Program-made: the position numbers and the translations under genes
Source of the DNA: Bdellovibrionota bacterium
GTDB lineage: Bacteria > Bdellovibrionota_G > JALEGL01 > DATDPG01
Assembly: GCA_963668355.1 (NCBI GenBank)
Contig: OY764265.1
Span: forward strand, 896,001 to 960,000
Length of the DNA stretch: 64,000 bases
Reading direction: 5' to 3'
Shown here: positions 18,441 to 29,172 of the stretch, in pieces
Layout of the letters: the number at the start of each line of letters is the position of its first letter
Position numbering within the stretch: the stretch's first letter is position 1
Notes under the pieces: generated by a model
The model's database searches: none
Told to the model about the DNA's origin: nothing
What the model saw: only the letters and a program-made list of their open reading frames with translations

Positions 18441-21400
18441 ATGTCTAAGGCTTCCAACCACTTCCCCCCTGAGGGCCTTTCCCTTGAGGCTTTGCAAAGC
18501 CTCATTTTCCAAATCCCCTCGGCCATGGCCATTCTGGATGTTGACATGCGATACATCGCGGTAAGCCAGCGATGGATTCAGGACTACCGACTGGAGAGGG
18601 GCTCGGTTGTGGGAAAATCTCATTATGAAGTTTTTCCAGATCTACCTCCCGAGTGGCGAACACGACACCAAAGCGTTCTTTCCGGAACCCCTGATACGTG
18701 TGAACAGTACCTATTCACACACCGGGACGGGTCAAAAGATTGGATCCGTTGGGAAGCCAAGCCATGGAAAGATCCCCAGGGCCTCATCTCAGGCCTAATT
18801 TTGGTCACCGAGATCATCAATCAATCCATATATGCGCAGGATGCGCTGCGAGCCAGTGAAGAAAAATACAGCAAAGTCTTTCTCCACTCTGCCGATGCCA
18901 TTCTGCTCCATGACTTTGGGGGCAGAATCATTGACGCCAACCCCAAAGCGAGAGAGATGTTGGATTACTCTCTTTCTGAACTTCGAGGAATGGCTATCCA
19001 GGATTTGCATCCCCCAGAGACCATTTCGACCTCCAAACATGCGTTCGAAACCATCAAGGAAAAGAAATGGGTTAAGTTTGATATCGATTTTCTCAGGAAA
19101 AACGGCCCACCCTTTCCCGCAGAAGTATCGGCCTCCCTGTATGAAGTGAGCGGAGAAGTATTGATTCAGGGAATTTTCAGAGATTTAACGGAGCGCAAAA
19201 AACGAGAAACCGAAGAAAAACTCCAGGTTGAGCAAGAGCTTGCGGCGGTGGATCGTCGATACAACCAACTGGTCGAGTCTCTGCCCATTGCCGTTCTGGT
19301 CATCGATCTGGATGGACGCATTAGTTTCGTGAACGAATTTGCGGCCAATATCGTCAAGGTCCCACGAGAAAGGATCATCGGAGAACGATTCGACTCCGAA
19401 CATTGGGGAATCCGTGATCTTGACGGAAGCCCTCTTGACCCAGCCACACGCCCTTTCACGCGCGTAATGCAGGAGCAGGAACCCTACTTGGGGCATGAAT
19501 TTCGAATGAAAAGAAGTGATGGCGCCTCCATTATTCTTTCTTCCTACTTGGCTCCACTCAAGGATGAGAAAGGAGAACTCGACGCGGTCCTCATCACGGG
19601 GATGGAAATCACTGAACATCGAAACACGCAAGATGCATTGAAAGAAAGTGAAGAGCGTTTGCGCCAAGTCACCGAAAGCATACGTGAGGTGTTCTGGATG
19701 ACCGACCCTCTTCGAAAGAAATTTCTCTATATCAGCCCAGCTTACGAGGAAATCTGGGGTCGAAGCTGTGACAGCGCCTACAAGGAACCATCCTCCTTCC
19801 TGGATGCCATTCATGAAGATGATCGGGATCGCGTGATTAGAAATATTTCCAAACAAACCCGAGGAAATTATGACGAATTGTATCGGGTCGTCCGACCGGA
19901 CGCTTCCATTCGCTGGATTCGTGACAAGGCGTTCCCCATCTATGACAAAGATGGAGAAGTCTACCGCGTCGCGGGCATTGCCGAAGACGTCACAGCGCTC
20001 AAATTGGCTTCGGAAGAGCTTGAAGAGACGAATGCCTTTTTGGATTCCGTTTTTGAAAACATTCCCAACATGATCTTCGTAAAGGATGCCAAAAATCTAC
20101 GCTTCGTTCGTTTCAACAAAGCTGGAGAAAAATTGATCGGCAGACCTCGTGAGGAACTGATCGGGAAAAACGATTTTGACCTTTTTGCCCCCGAAGAAGC
20201 CGAGTTCTTCACACAAAATGACCGGGAAGTCATTGAGAATGGAAAACTGATCGACGTGCCAAAAGAGTCGATCCACACGCCTGAGGGTCTTCGATATCTT
20301 CACACCAAAAAAATTCCCATTTTGGATAAGCATTTGATCCCTCGATTTCTCCTAGGCATCTCAGAAGACATCACGGAACGAATTCAAATTGAACAAGACC
20401 TTCGTTTATTGGCCAGCATCACTGAGCGGTCGGTGGATGCCATCATGACCATCGACAATGAAAAGCGCTTTATGTTCTGGAATGAAGCGGCTGAACGAAT
20501 TTTCGGCTTCACCTATGACGAAGTAAAAGGGAAGCATATCTTCGACATCTTTGTTCCCCAAGAGCATCAAGATGAAGTTGCGCGTTCCTTGAATGTACAT
20601 CCGAGAAACCCGGAAGCCATTCGAAGGATTCGATCCGAACGACTCCATAAAAAGGGTCATCCCATTCCCGTCATGATCACATCCTTTCCCATTTCAAATG
20701 AGAACGACGATGTTTTGGCATGGGTGGCCATCACCCAAGATCTGACGCAAATCGTGGCTATGGAGCAAAAGATGGCCTCTCAAGCACGAATGGCCGCCAT
20801 CGGCCAAATGGCCGCCGGGATAGCCCATGAAATACGCAATCCTCTTTTCGGCATATCTTCAGCCACTCAGATCTTGGGTGCCCACTGCCAAGAAATCAAA
20901 GAGTTAAAAGAACTTAGTTCCGCTTCTTTGGTTGAAATTGCGCGCTTAAAAAAACTGGTCGACGAATTACTCCTGTTTTCTAAACCCAGCTCACTGGAAA
21001 AGACCGAAATCTTTCCCGAGAAACTCTACGAAAGCATCCTTCAACTCCACAGCCCCCTCTTGGACCAAAAGAGAATTCGAATCGAGGCCAAATTTGAACC
21101 GGAGTCGTCTTCCATCTTTGCTGACGAGGAAAAAATCAAACAGGTCCTTCTCAATCTTTTTCTTAACGCCATTCAAGCCTCCAACCGAGGAGATCGCATC
21201 CACGTTCATAGCCAAATTGAAAAAGAAGGTGCCTGGCGTTTTGAAATCTTCAACCCTGGCGAATGGATCCCAAAGAAGTTGTTAAAGCGCGTATTCGAAC
21301 CTTTTGTCTCTACCAAGAAAGAAGGAAGTGGCTTGGGTTTGGCTGTCTGCCGAAAAGTCATTGAGGAACATGGAGGCACGCTCAAATGCACCAGCAGTGC

Positions 21401-21491
21401 CGAAGATGGAACGACATTCACGTTTCACATTCCTTCAGATGTCGCCTTGACGACGCCTTCAAAACCTGTAAAAGACAGAGTTACAAAATGA
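18441..21491 (+). CDS. Cytoplasmic multi-PAS (about 6) sensor histidine kinase
   Basis: Repeated PAS/PAC units; H-box IAHEIRNPL; N-box QVLLNLFLNA; FEPFVSTKKEGSGLGL; no TM helix. Confidence 0.93.
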   Translation: MSKASNHFPPEGLSLEALQSLIFQIPSAMAILDVDMRYIAVSQRWIQDYRLERGSVVGKSHYEVFPDLPPEWRTRHQSVLSGTPDTCEQYLFTHRDGSKDWIRWEAKPWKDPQGLISGLILVTEIINQSIYAQDALRASEEKYSKVFLHSADAILLHDFGGRIIDANPKAREMLDYSLSELRGMAIQDLHPPETISTSKHAFETIKEKKWVKFDIDFLRKNGPPFPAEVSASLYEVSGEVLIQGIFRDLTERKKRETEEKLQVEQELAAVDRRYNQLVESLPIAVLVIDLDGRISFVNEFAANIVKVPRERIIGERFDSEHWGIRDLDGSPLDPATRPFTRVMQEQEPYLGHEFRMKRSDGASIILSSYLAPLKDEKGELDAVLITGMEITEHRNTQDALKESEERLRQVTESIREVFWMTDPLRKKFLYISPAYEEIWGRSCDSAYKEPSSFLDAIHEDDRDRVIRNISKQTRGNYDELYRVVRPDASIRWIRDKAFPIYDKDGEVYRVAGIAEDVTALKLASEELEETNAFLDSVFENIPNMIFVKDAKNLRFVRFNKAGEKLIGRPREELIGKNDFDLFAPEEAEFFTQNDREVIENGKLIDVPKESIHTPEGLRYLHTKKIPILDKHLIPRFLLGISEDITERIQIEQDLRLLASITERSVDAIMTIDNEKRFMFWNEAAERIFGFTYDEVKGKHIFDIFVPQEHQDEVARSLNVHPRNPEAIRRIRSERLHKKGHPIPVMITSFPISNENDDVLAWVAITQDLTQIVAMEQKMASQARMAAIGQMAAGIAHEIRNPLFGISSATQILGAHCQEIKELKELSSASLVEIARLKKLVDELLLFSKPSSLEKTEIFPEKLYESILQLHSPLLDQKRIRIEAKFEPESSSIFADEEKIKQVLLNLFLNAIQASNRGDRIHVHSQIEKEGAWRFEIFNPGEWIPKKLLKRVFEPFVSTKKEGSGLGLAVCRKVIEEHGGTLKCTSSAEDGTTFTFHIPSDVALTTPSKPVKDRVTK

Positions 21492-21892
21492 AGCCCTCCA
21501 AGCGCATTCTTGTTGTCGATGATGAAAAGACCATTCTTTTGAGTTTGGCTTATGCACTCAAAGCCGATGGTGTTGATGTCATCACCTGCAACAAAGCTGA
21601 GTGGGCCGAAAAAGCGCTTCAAAACTATTATTTTGATGTCGTCATCACCGATCTAAGGTTGTCCAAAACCGAAGACAATGAGGGCATGAAAATTTTGGAG
21701 ATGACGAAGAAGAAGCACCCCAACTCCAAAGTCATCGTCATGACAGCCTATGGGTCCGAAGAGCTCCAGAAAAAAATTCGAACACTCGGAGCTGATCGTT
21801 ACTTTGACAAGCCTGTGGATCTTGACCTTCTCATTCAGGCCATCGAACAATTGGGGGTCCCGATGAAAAGAAACGCCCCCACCAATCGATAG
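21488..21892 (+). CDS. Single-domain response regulator
   Basis: ILVVDDE, ITDLRL, MTAYG, KP; ATGA overlap with the kinase. Confidence 0.92.
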   Translation: MKPSKRILVVDDEKTILLSLAYALKADGVDVITCNKAEWAEKALQNYYFDVVITDLRLSKTEDNEGMKILEMTKKKHPNSKVIVMTAYGSEELQKKIRTLGADRYFDKPVDLDLLIQAIEQLGVPMKRNAPTNR

Positions 21893-21974
21893 GGCATTTT
21901 CCCTTTGGGATGATTGCCCGAAACGATCCTTTCCACTACATTTACATAAAGAAACGCTAAGACGAGAGAGAACC

Positions 21975-23273
21975 ATGAACGAAAAAGCAATATCGATATC
22001 CGACATCCCCCGACATGCAGGGAAAGAAGTTCGCCTTCAAGGCTGGCTTTACAACAAGCGATCCAGTGGAAAAATTCAATTTCTTCAGCTTCGAGACGGC
22101 TCTGACATCATTCAGTGCGTGGTCGTAAAAAAAGAGGTTTCAGCTGAAACGTTCGAAAAAGCCGAACAACTCACCCAGGAAGCCGCTTTTGCGGTTACAG
22201 GAGAAGTGCGAGAAGACAAACGTTCCAAACTTGGTTTTGAACTTGGCGTAAAATCGATCGAACCCCTCTCTCCTTCGGTGGACTATCCGATTTCTCCCAA
22301 GGAGCATGGCGTTTCTTTCCTCATGGATCATCGGCATCTTTGGCTTCGATCCAAAAAGCAACACGCCATTTTGCGTATTCGACATGAATTGATCAAAGCC
22401 ATACGCGATTTCTTTGACCGTCAAGACTTCATCAATGTAGACGCGCCTATATTCACGCCAGCCGCCTGCGAAGGAACCACCACGCTTTTCGAAACCAAGT
22501 ACTTCGACGACAAGGCCTTTCTCACGCAAAGTGGTCAGCTATACATGGAAGCCGCAGCCATGGCCCATGGGAAAGTCTATTGTTTCGGCCCGACATTTCG
22601 AGCCGAGAAATCCAAGACACGTAGACATCTTACAGAGTTTTGGATGGTCGAACCCGAAGTGGCCTTCAATGATTTGGAAGCAAATATGGACCTGGCGGAA
22701 GATTTTCTCGTTTCCATTGTTTCTCGTGTGTTGGAAGAACGAAAAACCGAACTGGAGATTCTGGAACGTGATCTCACTCCTCTAGAAAATGTTCAAAAAC
22801 CTTTCCCTCGCGTCCACTACTCGGACGCCGTCCAAAAACTCAACAGTTTGGGAACCTCCATGAAGTGGGGAAGCGATTTTGGTGGCGAGGATGAGACCAT
22901 TCTCACAAAGCAGTTTGACCGTCCCATCATCGTGCATCGCTTTCCAACGGCCATCAAAGCGTTCTATATGAAAGAAGATCCCACGGATTCAAAACTCTCG
23001 ATGTCGATGGATGTGTTGGCACCCGAAGGATATGGGGAAATCATTGGAGGTGGAGAGCGAGAATCCTCTCTCGAAACCCTTCAAAAAAAGATTCAAGAGC
23101 ACCAACTCCCCGAGGATGCCTTTAAGTGGTACCTCGACTTACGCAGATATGGATCCGTGCCTCATGCCGGTTTTGGTTTGGGATTGGAAAGAACCGTGAC
23201 GTGGATTTGTGGAATTCATCACTTACGAGAAGCCATTCCCTTTCCAAGACTCATGGAACGAATCACACCCTAG
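21975..23273 (+). CDS. asnS: Asparagine--tRNA ligase
   Basis: [53 protein letters not shown]. Confidence 0.96.
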   Translation: MNEKAISISDIPRHAGKEVRLQGWLYNKRSSGKIQFLQLRDGSDIIQCVVVKKEVSAETFEKAEQLTQEAAFAVTGEVREDKRSKLGFELGVKSIEPLSPSVDYPISPKEHGVSFLMDHRHLWLRSKKQHAILRIRHELIKAIRDFFDRQDFINVDAPIFTPAACEGTTTLFETKYFDDKAFLTQSGQLYMEAAAMAHGKVYCFGPTFRAEKSKTRRHLTEFWMVEPEVAFNDLEANMDLAEDFLVSIVSRVLEERKTELEILERDLTPLENVQKPFPRVHYSDAVQKLNSLGTSMKWGSDFGGEDETILTKQFDRPIIVHRFPTAIKAFYMKEDPTDSKLSMSMDVLAPEGYGEIIGGGERESSLETLQKKIQEHQLPEDAFKWYLDLRRYGSVPHAGFGLGLERTVTWICGIHHLREAIPFPRLMERITP

Positions 23274-23300
23274 TTCATCCGATTGGACTTTTCTTTACGT

Positions 23301-24401
23301 TTACTTTTTCTTTTTTTGAAAAAGGGACTCATCTACAAGATAGCCTTGGCTTTTGGCTTCCTGCAAAAATGAGGGGAGATTTCCCGTGGGATGATGGGAG
23401 CCCAAAATCTTTCCTTCTTCGTCAACACGATCAATCTGGTGACGAAAGAGGTCCGACACATGGTAATGCCCGGCTTCATCTAACTCCCCAATCTCGGATA
23501 TATGTGTAATCCGACGGGTTCCATCCCGAAGTCGGGCCACTTGAATGACAATTTCAATGGCCGTGGCAATTTGACTTCGTAGGGCCCGCCAAGGAAGTTC
23601 GACATCGGACATCAACGCCAAGGTTTCCAATCGCGTCAGGGCGCCATGCGGCGTGTTTGCGTGAACGGTGGCCATCGAGCCGGAGTGTCCTGTATTCATC
23701 GCTTGAAGCAAATCGAGCGCCTCTCCGCCTCGCACTTCTCCGATGACAATCCGATCCGGACGCATCCGAAGCGAAGCTCGAACCAGGTCTCTCAAACTCA
23801 CTTGTCCGGTTCCATCGGCATCAGCCGCTCGAGTTTCCAAGGGCAACAAATGCTCTTGCTGCAATTGAAGCTCGCTGGAGTCTTCGATGACCACGATCCG
23901 CTGATCTTCAGAAACAAGGGTCGAAACAACATTCAAAAGTGTGGTCTTTCCCGAGGAGGTTCCTCCCGAAACGATGATGTTTTTGGAAAGCGCGACACAA
24001 AGGTTCATGAATTTGGCCATTTCCAAAGACAGAGCCCCACCATCCACCAGCTGCTTCAAATTCAACATGCTCTGGCTGAATTTTCGAATCGAAATGTAAA
24101 TGCCCCTTCGAGCGCAGGGTGGAGTAACCACATGAACGCGAGAACCATCGGGTAAGCGAGCATCCAAAATGGGAGCCTTTTCATTGATCACACGCCCCAC
24201 GGACTGAGCTACACGACGAACCGCAGCCATGAGTTGCTCTTCATCTGAAAATGCAGATTCTGTTTTGACGATTTTTCCCTTTTTTTCGATAAAAATTTGG
24301 TCAGGCCCGTTGACCATGACCTCACTCACGGATGGATCGTTCAAGTACTCGGAAATGGGGCGAAAAAAGCCCGCAGTGAATTCATTGTAGGCATCGGTCA
24401 T
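23301..24401 (-). CDS. cpaF: CpaF/TadA family pilus assembly ATPase
   Basis: DARLPDGSRV, SIRKF, GGTSSGKTT, LRMRPDRIVIGEVRGGEA, MNTGHSGS..TVHAN. Confidence 0.92.
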   Translation of the reverse strand: MTDAYNEFTAGFFRPISEYLNDPSVSEVMVNGPDQIFIEKKGKIVKTESAFSDEEQLMAAVRRVAQSVGRVINEKAPILDARLPDGSRVHVVTPPCARRGIYISIRKFSQSMLNLKQLVDGGALSLEMAKFMNLCVALSKNIIVSGGTSSGKTTLLNVVSTLVSEDQRIVVIEDSSELQLQQEHLLPLETRAADADGTGQVSLRDLVRASLRMRPDRIVIGEVRGGEALDLLQAMNTGHSGSMATVHANTPHGALTRLETLALMSDVELPWRALRSQIATAIEIVIQVARLRDGTRRITHISEIGELDEAGHYHVSDLFRHQIDRVDEEGKILGSHHPTGNLPSFLQEAKSQGYLVDESLFQKKKK

Positions 24402-24464
24402 ATTCGCTCATTGTAGCGGAATTCCGATTTGCCATCGATCTTTGACTGGGGCAAATTAAGAACC

Positions 24465-25265
24465 ATGAAAATGAAGTCCTTTTCTCTGTTTTTGGCGGCA
24501 TGCACTCTTCTTCTCACCAGTTGCGTTTCCAAAAAGGTTCATGACGAACTCTGGGTGGAGCAAATCGACTGCAAAAATCACCTGTCTGAAGCCCGCAAAG
24601 AGTTGGTCACGCTGAAAGGCCAAAACAAGCTTCTTCAGGAAAAAACCAGAGAGGTGGAGCTTCGAAATGAGGAGTTGTCGAAAACCAATCAAATTTTGGT
24701 CACAAAGAACCAAACCTATGCCAACCAACAGCTGGAAAATCAAAGCAAGATATTGGAATTAAAGAAAGAAAAAGCCGAAACCGAAGAAAAGCTCGTATTC
24801 ACAAGCAAAACCTATGACGACTTGATTCAAACCCTCAAGGAGGAAATCAAGGAAGGACAAATCCGGATTGGACAAAAAGGAGACCGTCTCACCGTCAATG
24901 TTTCCAATCAGATTCTCTTTCACTCGGGAAGCGCCCAAGTTCAGGCCAAAGGAAAATCCGTCCTCAAGAAAGTGGTGAAAGCTCTCAAGAAGATGAAGGA
25001 CAAACGCATTCTCGTAGAAGGCCACACCGACAATCTTCCCATTACCCAAAGCTTGAAAAAGAAATTTCCTTCCAACTGGGACCTTTCCACTGCTCGAGCC
25101 ACACAGGTTGTAAGATTCTTGGAGGAGCAGGGCATCAACCCTGAACGCTTAACCGCCTCTGGAAGGGGAGAATATGCCCCCATTGCTTCCAATCAAACAC
25201 GGGAGGGACGAAAGCAAAACCGACGCATTGAAATCATTCTCCTCCCTTTGCTCCCAAAGGAATAA
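24465..25265 (+). CDS. OmpA/MotB-family lipoprotein with coiled coil
   Basis: Lipobox LLTSC; coiled coil; ILFHSGSA, VEGHTDN, NWDLSTARA, NRRIEI. Confidence 0.9.
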   Translation: MKMKSFSLFLAACTLLLTSCVSKKVHDELWVEQIDCKNHLSEARKELVTLKGQNKLLQEKTREVELRNEELSKTNQILVTKNQTYANQQLENQSKILELKKEKAETEEKLVFTSKTYDDLIQTLKEEIKEGQIRIGQKGDRLTVNVSNQILFHSGSAQVQAKGKSVLKKVVKALKKMKDKRILVEGHTDNLPITQSLKKKFPSNWDLSTARATQVVRFLEEQGINPERLTASGRGEYAPIASNQTREGRKQNRRIEIILLPLLPKE

Positions 25266-25290
25266 AAAGACCCCCTGTATGTGACCTGTC

Positions 25291-25477
25291 TTGACTTTCC
25301 CCCCTTTCCCCCTTATATAGCGCCGCGAAATTAACGACTCAGGCTTTTATTCCAGCCTCTCGGTTGGAACCGGGTCCGTGACCCGCCCCCTGGTGTCCCG
25401 AAAGGGATTTGGGGACTCCGCCAAAACGGAGCGAAAAGCCGTGGATTAACCAGAAACTTTAGAAATTAAGAGGACTT
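25291..25477 (+). promoter_or_regulatory. Putative sigma70 promoter and structured rpsB leader
   Basis: TTGACT-N17-TATATA (25291-25319), then a leader of about 150 nt with GC-rich hairpins (TCCCGAAAGGGA; CTCCG..CGGAG). S2 autoregulation is inferred by analogy only. Confidence 0.5.
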
Positions 25478-26353
25478 ATGGCAATCAGCATTCGTGAATT
25501 ATTGGAAGCAGGGGCCCATTTCGGTCACCAGACGCACCGTTGGAACCCCAAAATGAAACCCTATATTTATGGGTCTCGAAATGGCATTTACATCATCGAC
25601 CTTCAACAAACCGCTCAAATGTGGCGAAACGCCTATGAGGCCATCGTACAAACGGTCAAACGAGGGAAAAGGGTGCTGTTTGTGGGGACCAAACAACAAG
25701 CCCAAGAAGTCGTAGAAGAGGAAGCCCTTCGCTGCAATCAGTTTTTTGTCAACCGCCGCTGGCTCGGTGGAATGTTGACCAACTTTAAGACCATCAAGAA
25801 AAGAATTGATCGTCTTGAGGAACTCGGAAAAATCTTAGACACCCAAGAAATTGAACGGTTGTCCAAAAAAGAGGGCGTCAAGCTTCGAAAAGAGCGTCAA
25901 AAACTCGAAAAGAGCTTGGGTGGAATCAAAAACATGACCCACCTCCCTGGAATTCTTGTGGTCGTTGACCCCAACAAGGAACATATCGCGATTGCGGAAG
26001 CTCGGAAATTGAACATTCCCATCATCTCGATCACAGACACCAATTGTGATCCTGACGGAATTGATTTTCTGGTTCCGGCAAACGATGACGCTTTGAAATC
26101 CATTCGACTTTTCGTTCACGACATTGCGGAAGCCGCGTTGGAAGGATCCAAGGCCTTTGAAAAAGTTCTTGAGGAAGAGGCTAACCGTCGACTGCAACAA
26201 GAAGACACGACTCAGGTCGCCCAGGAAACTGCGGCAGCCCAACCCAAACAAACAGAGGGCGGACCTGTTGTAGAGGTGAAGGGAGCCCCTACTCCCGTTT
26301 CCTCTCAGAAAACGGAAACCAAAGAAAACCCGGTTAAAACTCAATCCGAATAA
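25478..26353 (+). CDS. rpsB: 30S ribosomal protein S2
   Basis: LLEAGAHFGHQTHRWNPKM, RWLGGMLTNF, DTNCDP, PANDD. Confidence 0.98.
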   Translation: MAISIRELLEAGAHFGHQTHRWNPKMKPYIYGSRNGIYIIDLQQTAQMWRNAYEAIVQTVKRGKRVLFVGTKQQAQEVVEEEALRCNQFFVNRRWLGGMLTNFKTIKKRIDRLEELGKILDTQEIERLSKKEGVKLRKERQKLEKSLGGIKNMTHLPGILVVVDPNKEHIAIAEARKLNIPIISITDTNCDPDGIDFLVPANDDALKSIRLFVHDIAEAALEGSKAFEKVLEEEANRRLQQEDTTQVAQETAAAQPKQTEGGPVVEVKGAPTPVSSQKTETKENPVKTQSE

Positions 26354-26366
26354 GAGGAGCAAGAAA

Positions 26367-26975
26367 ATGGAAGTCACAACAACAATGGTCAAAGAGCTTC
26401 GTGAAATGACGGGCGCAGGTGTTTTGGATTGCCGAAACGCTTTGGTGGAAACCCAAGGAGATGTCCCCAAGGCGGTCGATTTCTTACGAAAGAAAGGACT
26501 CGCTGCCGTCGCTAAGCGTTCGGGTCGATCCACAGCTGAAGGTCTTGTTCATTCATACATTCACGCCGGCGGCAAAATTGGTGTCCTCGTGGAAGTTAAC
26601 TGCGAAACCGATTTCGTGGCAAAAACGGATGAATTTCAAGCCTTCGTGAAAGACGTGGCCATGCACATTGCTGCTGCAAGTCCTTTGTACTTGGACCGAG
26701 AAAGCGTTCCTGAAAAAGTGGTTTCTGCCGAACGCGACATTTACATGGAACAAGCTAAGGAACTGAAGAAACCTGAAAATGTGATGGAAAAAATTGTCGA
26801 CGGTAAAATCGACAAATACTACCGCGACATTTGCTTGATGGAACAAGCCTTTGTGAAAGATCCGGACAAATCCATCCTGGATGTCCAAAACGATTGTATG
26901 GCGAAATTGGGCGAAAACATGGGAATCAAGCGTTTTGCGCGATTCCAACTCGGGGAGACTTCCTCGACAAATTAG
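26367..26975 (+). CDS. tsf: Elongation factor Ts (short form)
   Basis: VKELREMTGAG, EVNCETDFVA. Confidence 0.97.
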   Translation: MEVTTTMVKELREMTGAGVLDCRNALVETQGDVPKAVDFLRKKGLAAVAKRSGRSTAEGLVHSYIHAGGKIGVLVEVNCETDFVAKTDEFQAFVKDVAMHIAAASPLYLDRESVPEKVVSAERDIYMEQAKELKKPENVMEKIVDGKIDKYYRDICLMEQAFVKDPDKSILDVQNDCMAKLGENMGIKRFARFQLGETSSTN

Positions 26976-27142
26976 TCTCTTCAGGTAGAAAAGCCCATGA
27001 GGACTCTTCTTTGTCTGTCTTTTGGGGGCCGGGAATCACGGCCCTCAAGGGCTTTGTGAGCAAGGATAAGCAAGAGCGACCCATAAAGAATGAAATACCC
27101 GGACCTTTCGTATAGAAAGTCCAAGGAAAGGGGCTAATCGAT

Positions 27143-27871
27143 ATGCCGGAGCCAAGGTACAAAAGGGTTCTTCTAAAACTCAGTGGAGAAGTTTTGTGCG
27201 GAGATTTGGGCCATGGCATCGACCCTGAAATCCTCAATGGGTTAGCCCAAGAGATCAAAAAGATCCAATCCCTGGGGGTGGAAATGGGCGTGGTCATCGG
27301 GGGTGGAAACATCTTCCGTGGCGTTGCCGGTGCGGCCAAAGGAATGGATCGAACCCCTGCGGATTATATGGGCATGATGGCCACCATCATCAACGCCCTC
27401 GCGCTACAAGATGCGTTTGAACGCAATGGAATCCACACGCGGGTCATGAGTGCACTTCACATTCAGCAAGTCGCTGAACCTTATATTGGTCGCAGGGCCA
27501 AGCGACACCTCGAAAAAGGTAGGGTTGTGATCCTTGCGGCGGGAACGGGAAATCCTTTTTTCACCACAGACACTGCCGCTTCCCTTCGCGCCATCGAAAT
27601 TGGAGCAGAAATTCTTTTAAAGGCAACCAAAGTAGATGGGGTGTATGACCAAGATCCCGTGAAACATAAAGGGGCAAAAATGTTCACTCGGCTCCGTTAT
27701 TTAGATGTTCTCAAACGAGAACTGAAGGTCATGGATGCCACGGCAACCTCGCTTTGCATGGACAATCAGATGCCCATGATTGTTTTCAACATGACCAAGC
27801 GTGGAAACATTCAGAAGGTCATTCTGGGAGAAAAAATTGGAACTCTGGTGACAGGAGAAAAACATGATTGA
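27143..27871 (+). CDS. pyrH: UMP kinase
   Basis: [30 protein letters not shown]. Confidence 0.97.
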   Translation: MPEPRYKRVLLKLSGEVLCGDLGHGIDPEILNGLAQEIKKIQSLGVEMGVVIGGGNIFRGVAGAAKGMDRTPADYMGMMATIINALALQDAFERNGIHTRVMSALHIQQVAEPYIGRRAKRHLEKGRVVILAAGTGNPFFTTDTAASLRAIEIGAEILLKATKVDGVYDQDPVKHKGAKMFTRLRYLDVLKRELKVMDATATSLCMDNQMPMIVFNMTKRGNIQKVILGEKIGTLVTGEKHD

Positions 27872-28421
27872 TGATTTACAATCCGATCTACAACAACAAA
27901 TGGAAAAAGCCATTTCAGGATTGAAGGGTGAGTTCAGTCGACTTCGGTCGGGTCGAGCCACCCCTACCCTGCTGGAAGGGGTTCGCGTAGATTACTATGG
28001 CACTCAGACCCCCATCTCTCAGATGGCCAATGTTAACGCTCCGGAACCCCGTCTTCTGGTCGTCCAACCTTGGGACCAAAATGCGCTTCCTTTGATCGAG
28101 AAAGCGATTCAGAAAGCCGATCTCGGTCTCGCACCGCAAAATGATGGAAAGGTGATCCGCTTGCCGTTCCCCCCACTCACCGAGGACCGCCGAAAAGAAC
28201 TAGTGAAGGTGGCACATAAATTTGGGGAAGAGTGTCGTGTTTCCATTCGAAATGCACGAAGACACGGCATGGATGAACTCAAAAAAGCCGAGAAGTCCAA
28301 AGACATCGGTCAAGACGATCAAAAACGCGGCCAAGAAAAAGTTCAGGAACTCACGGACAATTACATCAAAAAAGTGGATGAGTTGGTCGAAGTGAAATCG
28401 AAGGAGATTCTTGAAGTCTAG
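27864..28421 (+). CDS. frr: Ribosome recycling factor
   Basis: [32 protein letters not shown]. Confidence 0.97.
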   Translation: MIDDLQSDLQQQMEKAISGLKGEFSRLRSGRATPTLLEGVRVDYYGTQTPISQMANVNAPEPRLLVVQPWDQNALPLIEKAIQKADLGLAPQNDGKVIRLPFPPLTEDRRKELVKVAHKFGEECRVSIRNARRHGMDELKKAEKSKDIGQDDQKRGQEKVQELTDNYIKKVDELVEVKSKEILEV

Positions 28422-29172
28422 CAAAAATTCTCCGTTCAACTTAACGACGATTCCGAAACACATTGCCATCATCATGGATGGCAACGGGCGCTGGGCCAAA
28501 CGAAACATCTTCAATCGCTTTCGAGGCCATCGTCGAGGAGCTGAAGTCGTCCCTCGGGTGGTAACCGCTTGTCACGAACTAGGGGTAAAACATCTGACCC
28601 TGTATTCTTTTTCTGAAGAGAATTGGAGTCGCCCGAAGGAAGAGGTTTCCGCTCTCATGAAGCTTCTGAAAGAGTTTTTGATTTCACAGCGCCCTCTTCT
28701 GATGGAGAGAAAGGTGCGTTTGCGAGCCATTGGAAACATTGACAAACTTCCTCCAGAGCCTCTCCAAACGCTTCATGAGACCATGAAGCTCACGCAAGAC
28801 CACCAAAGCATGGATTTGGTCCTCGCACTAAGTTATGGAGGAAGAGACGAAATCACGAGGGCCGTAAGGCAAATGGCTAAAGAGGTTCTGAAGGGAAACT
28901 TGAGTCCCGAAGCCATCCATTCGGAAACCATCTCGGCGTTCTTGGACACCGCAGAAATTCCGGATCCAGACCTTCTCATCCGAACAAGCGGCGAAATGCG
29001 CACCTCGAACTTTCTTCCCTGGCAGTTGGTCTACACTGAGCTATACGTAACCCCAGTCTTATGGCCAGAGTTCAATACAGAAGAATTGCATCGAGCCATT
29101 CACGAATTTAACCAAAGAGAACGTCGTTTCGGCCTAACCAGTGAACAGTTATCCACGGGAGCTACCCCATGA
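28411..29172 (+). CDS. uppS: Undecaprenyl diphosphate synthase
   Basis: HIAIIMDGNGRWA, YSFSEENWSRP, DLLIRTSGEMRTSNFLPWQ. Confidence 0.96.
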   Translation: MKSSKNSPFNLTTIPKHIAIIMDGNGRWAKRNIFNRFRGHRRGAEVVPRVVTACHELGVKHLTLYSFSEENWSRPKEEVSALMKLLKEFLISQRPLLMERKVRLRAIGNIDKLPPEPLQTLHETMKLTQDHQSMDLVLALSYGGRDEITRAVRQMAKEVLKGNLSPEAIHSETISAFLDTAEIPDPDLLIRTSGEMRTSNFLPWQLVYTELYVTPVLWPEFNTEELHRAIHEFNQRERRFGLTSEQLSTGATP

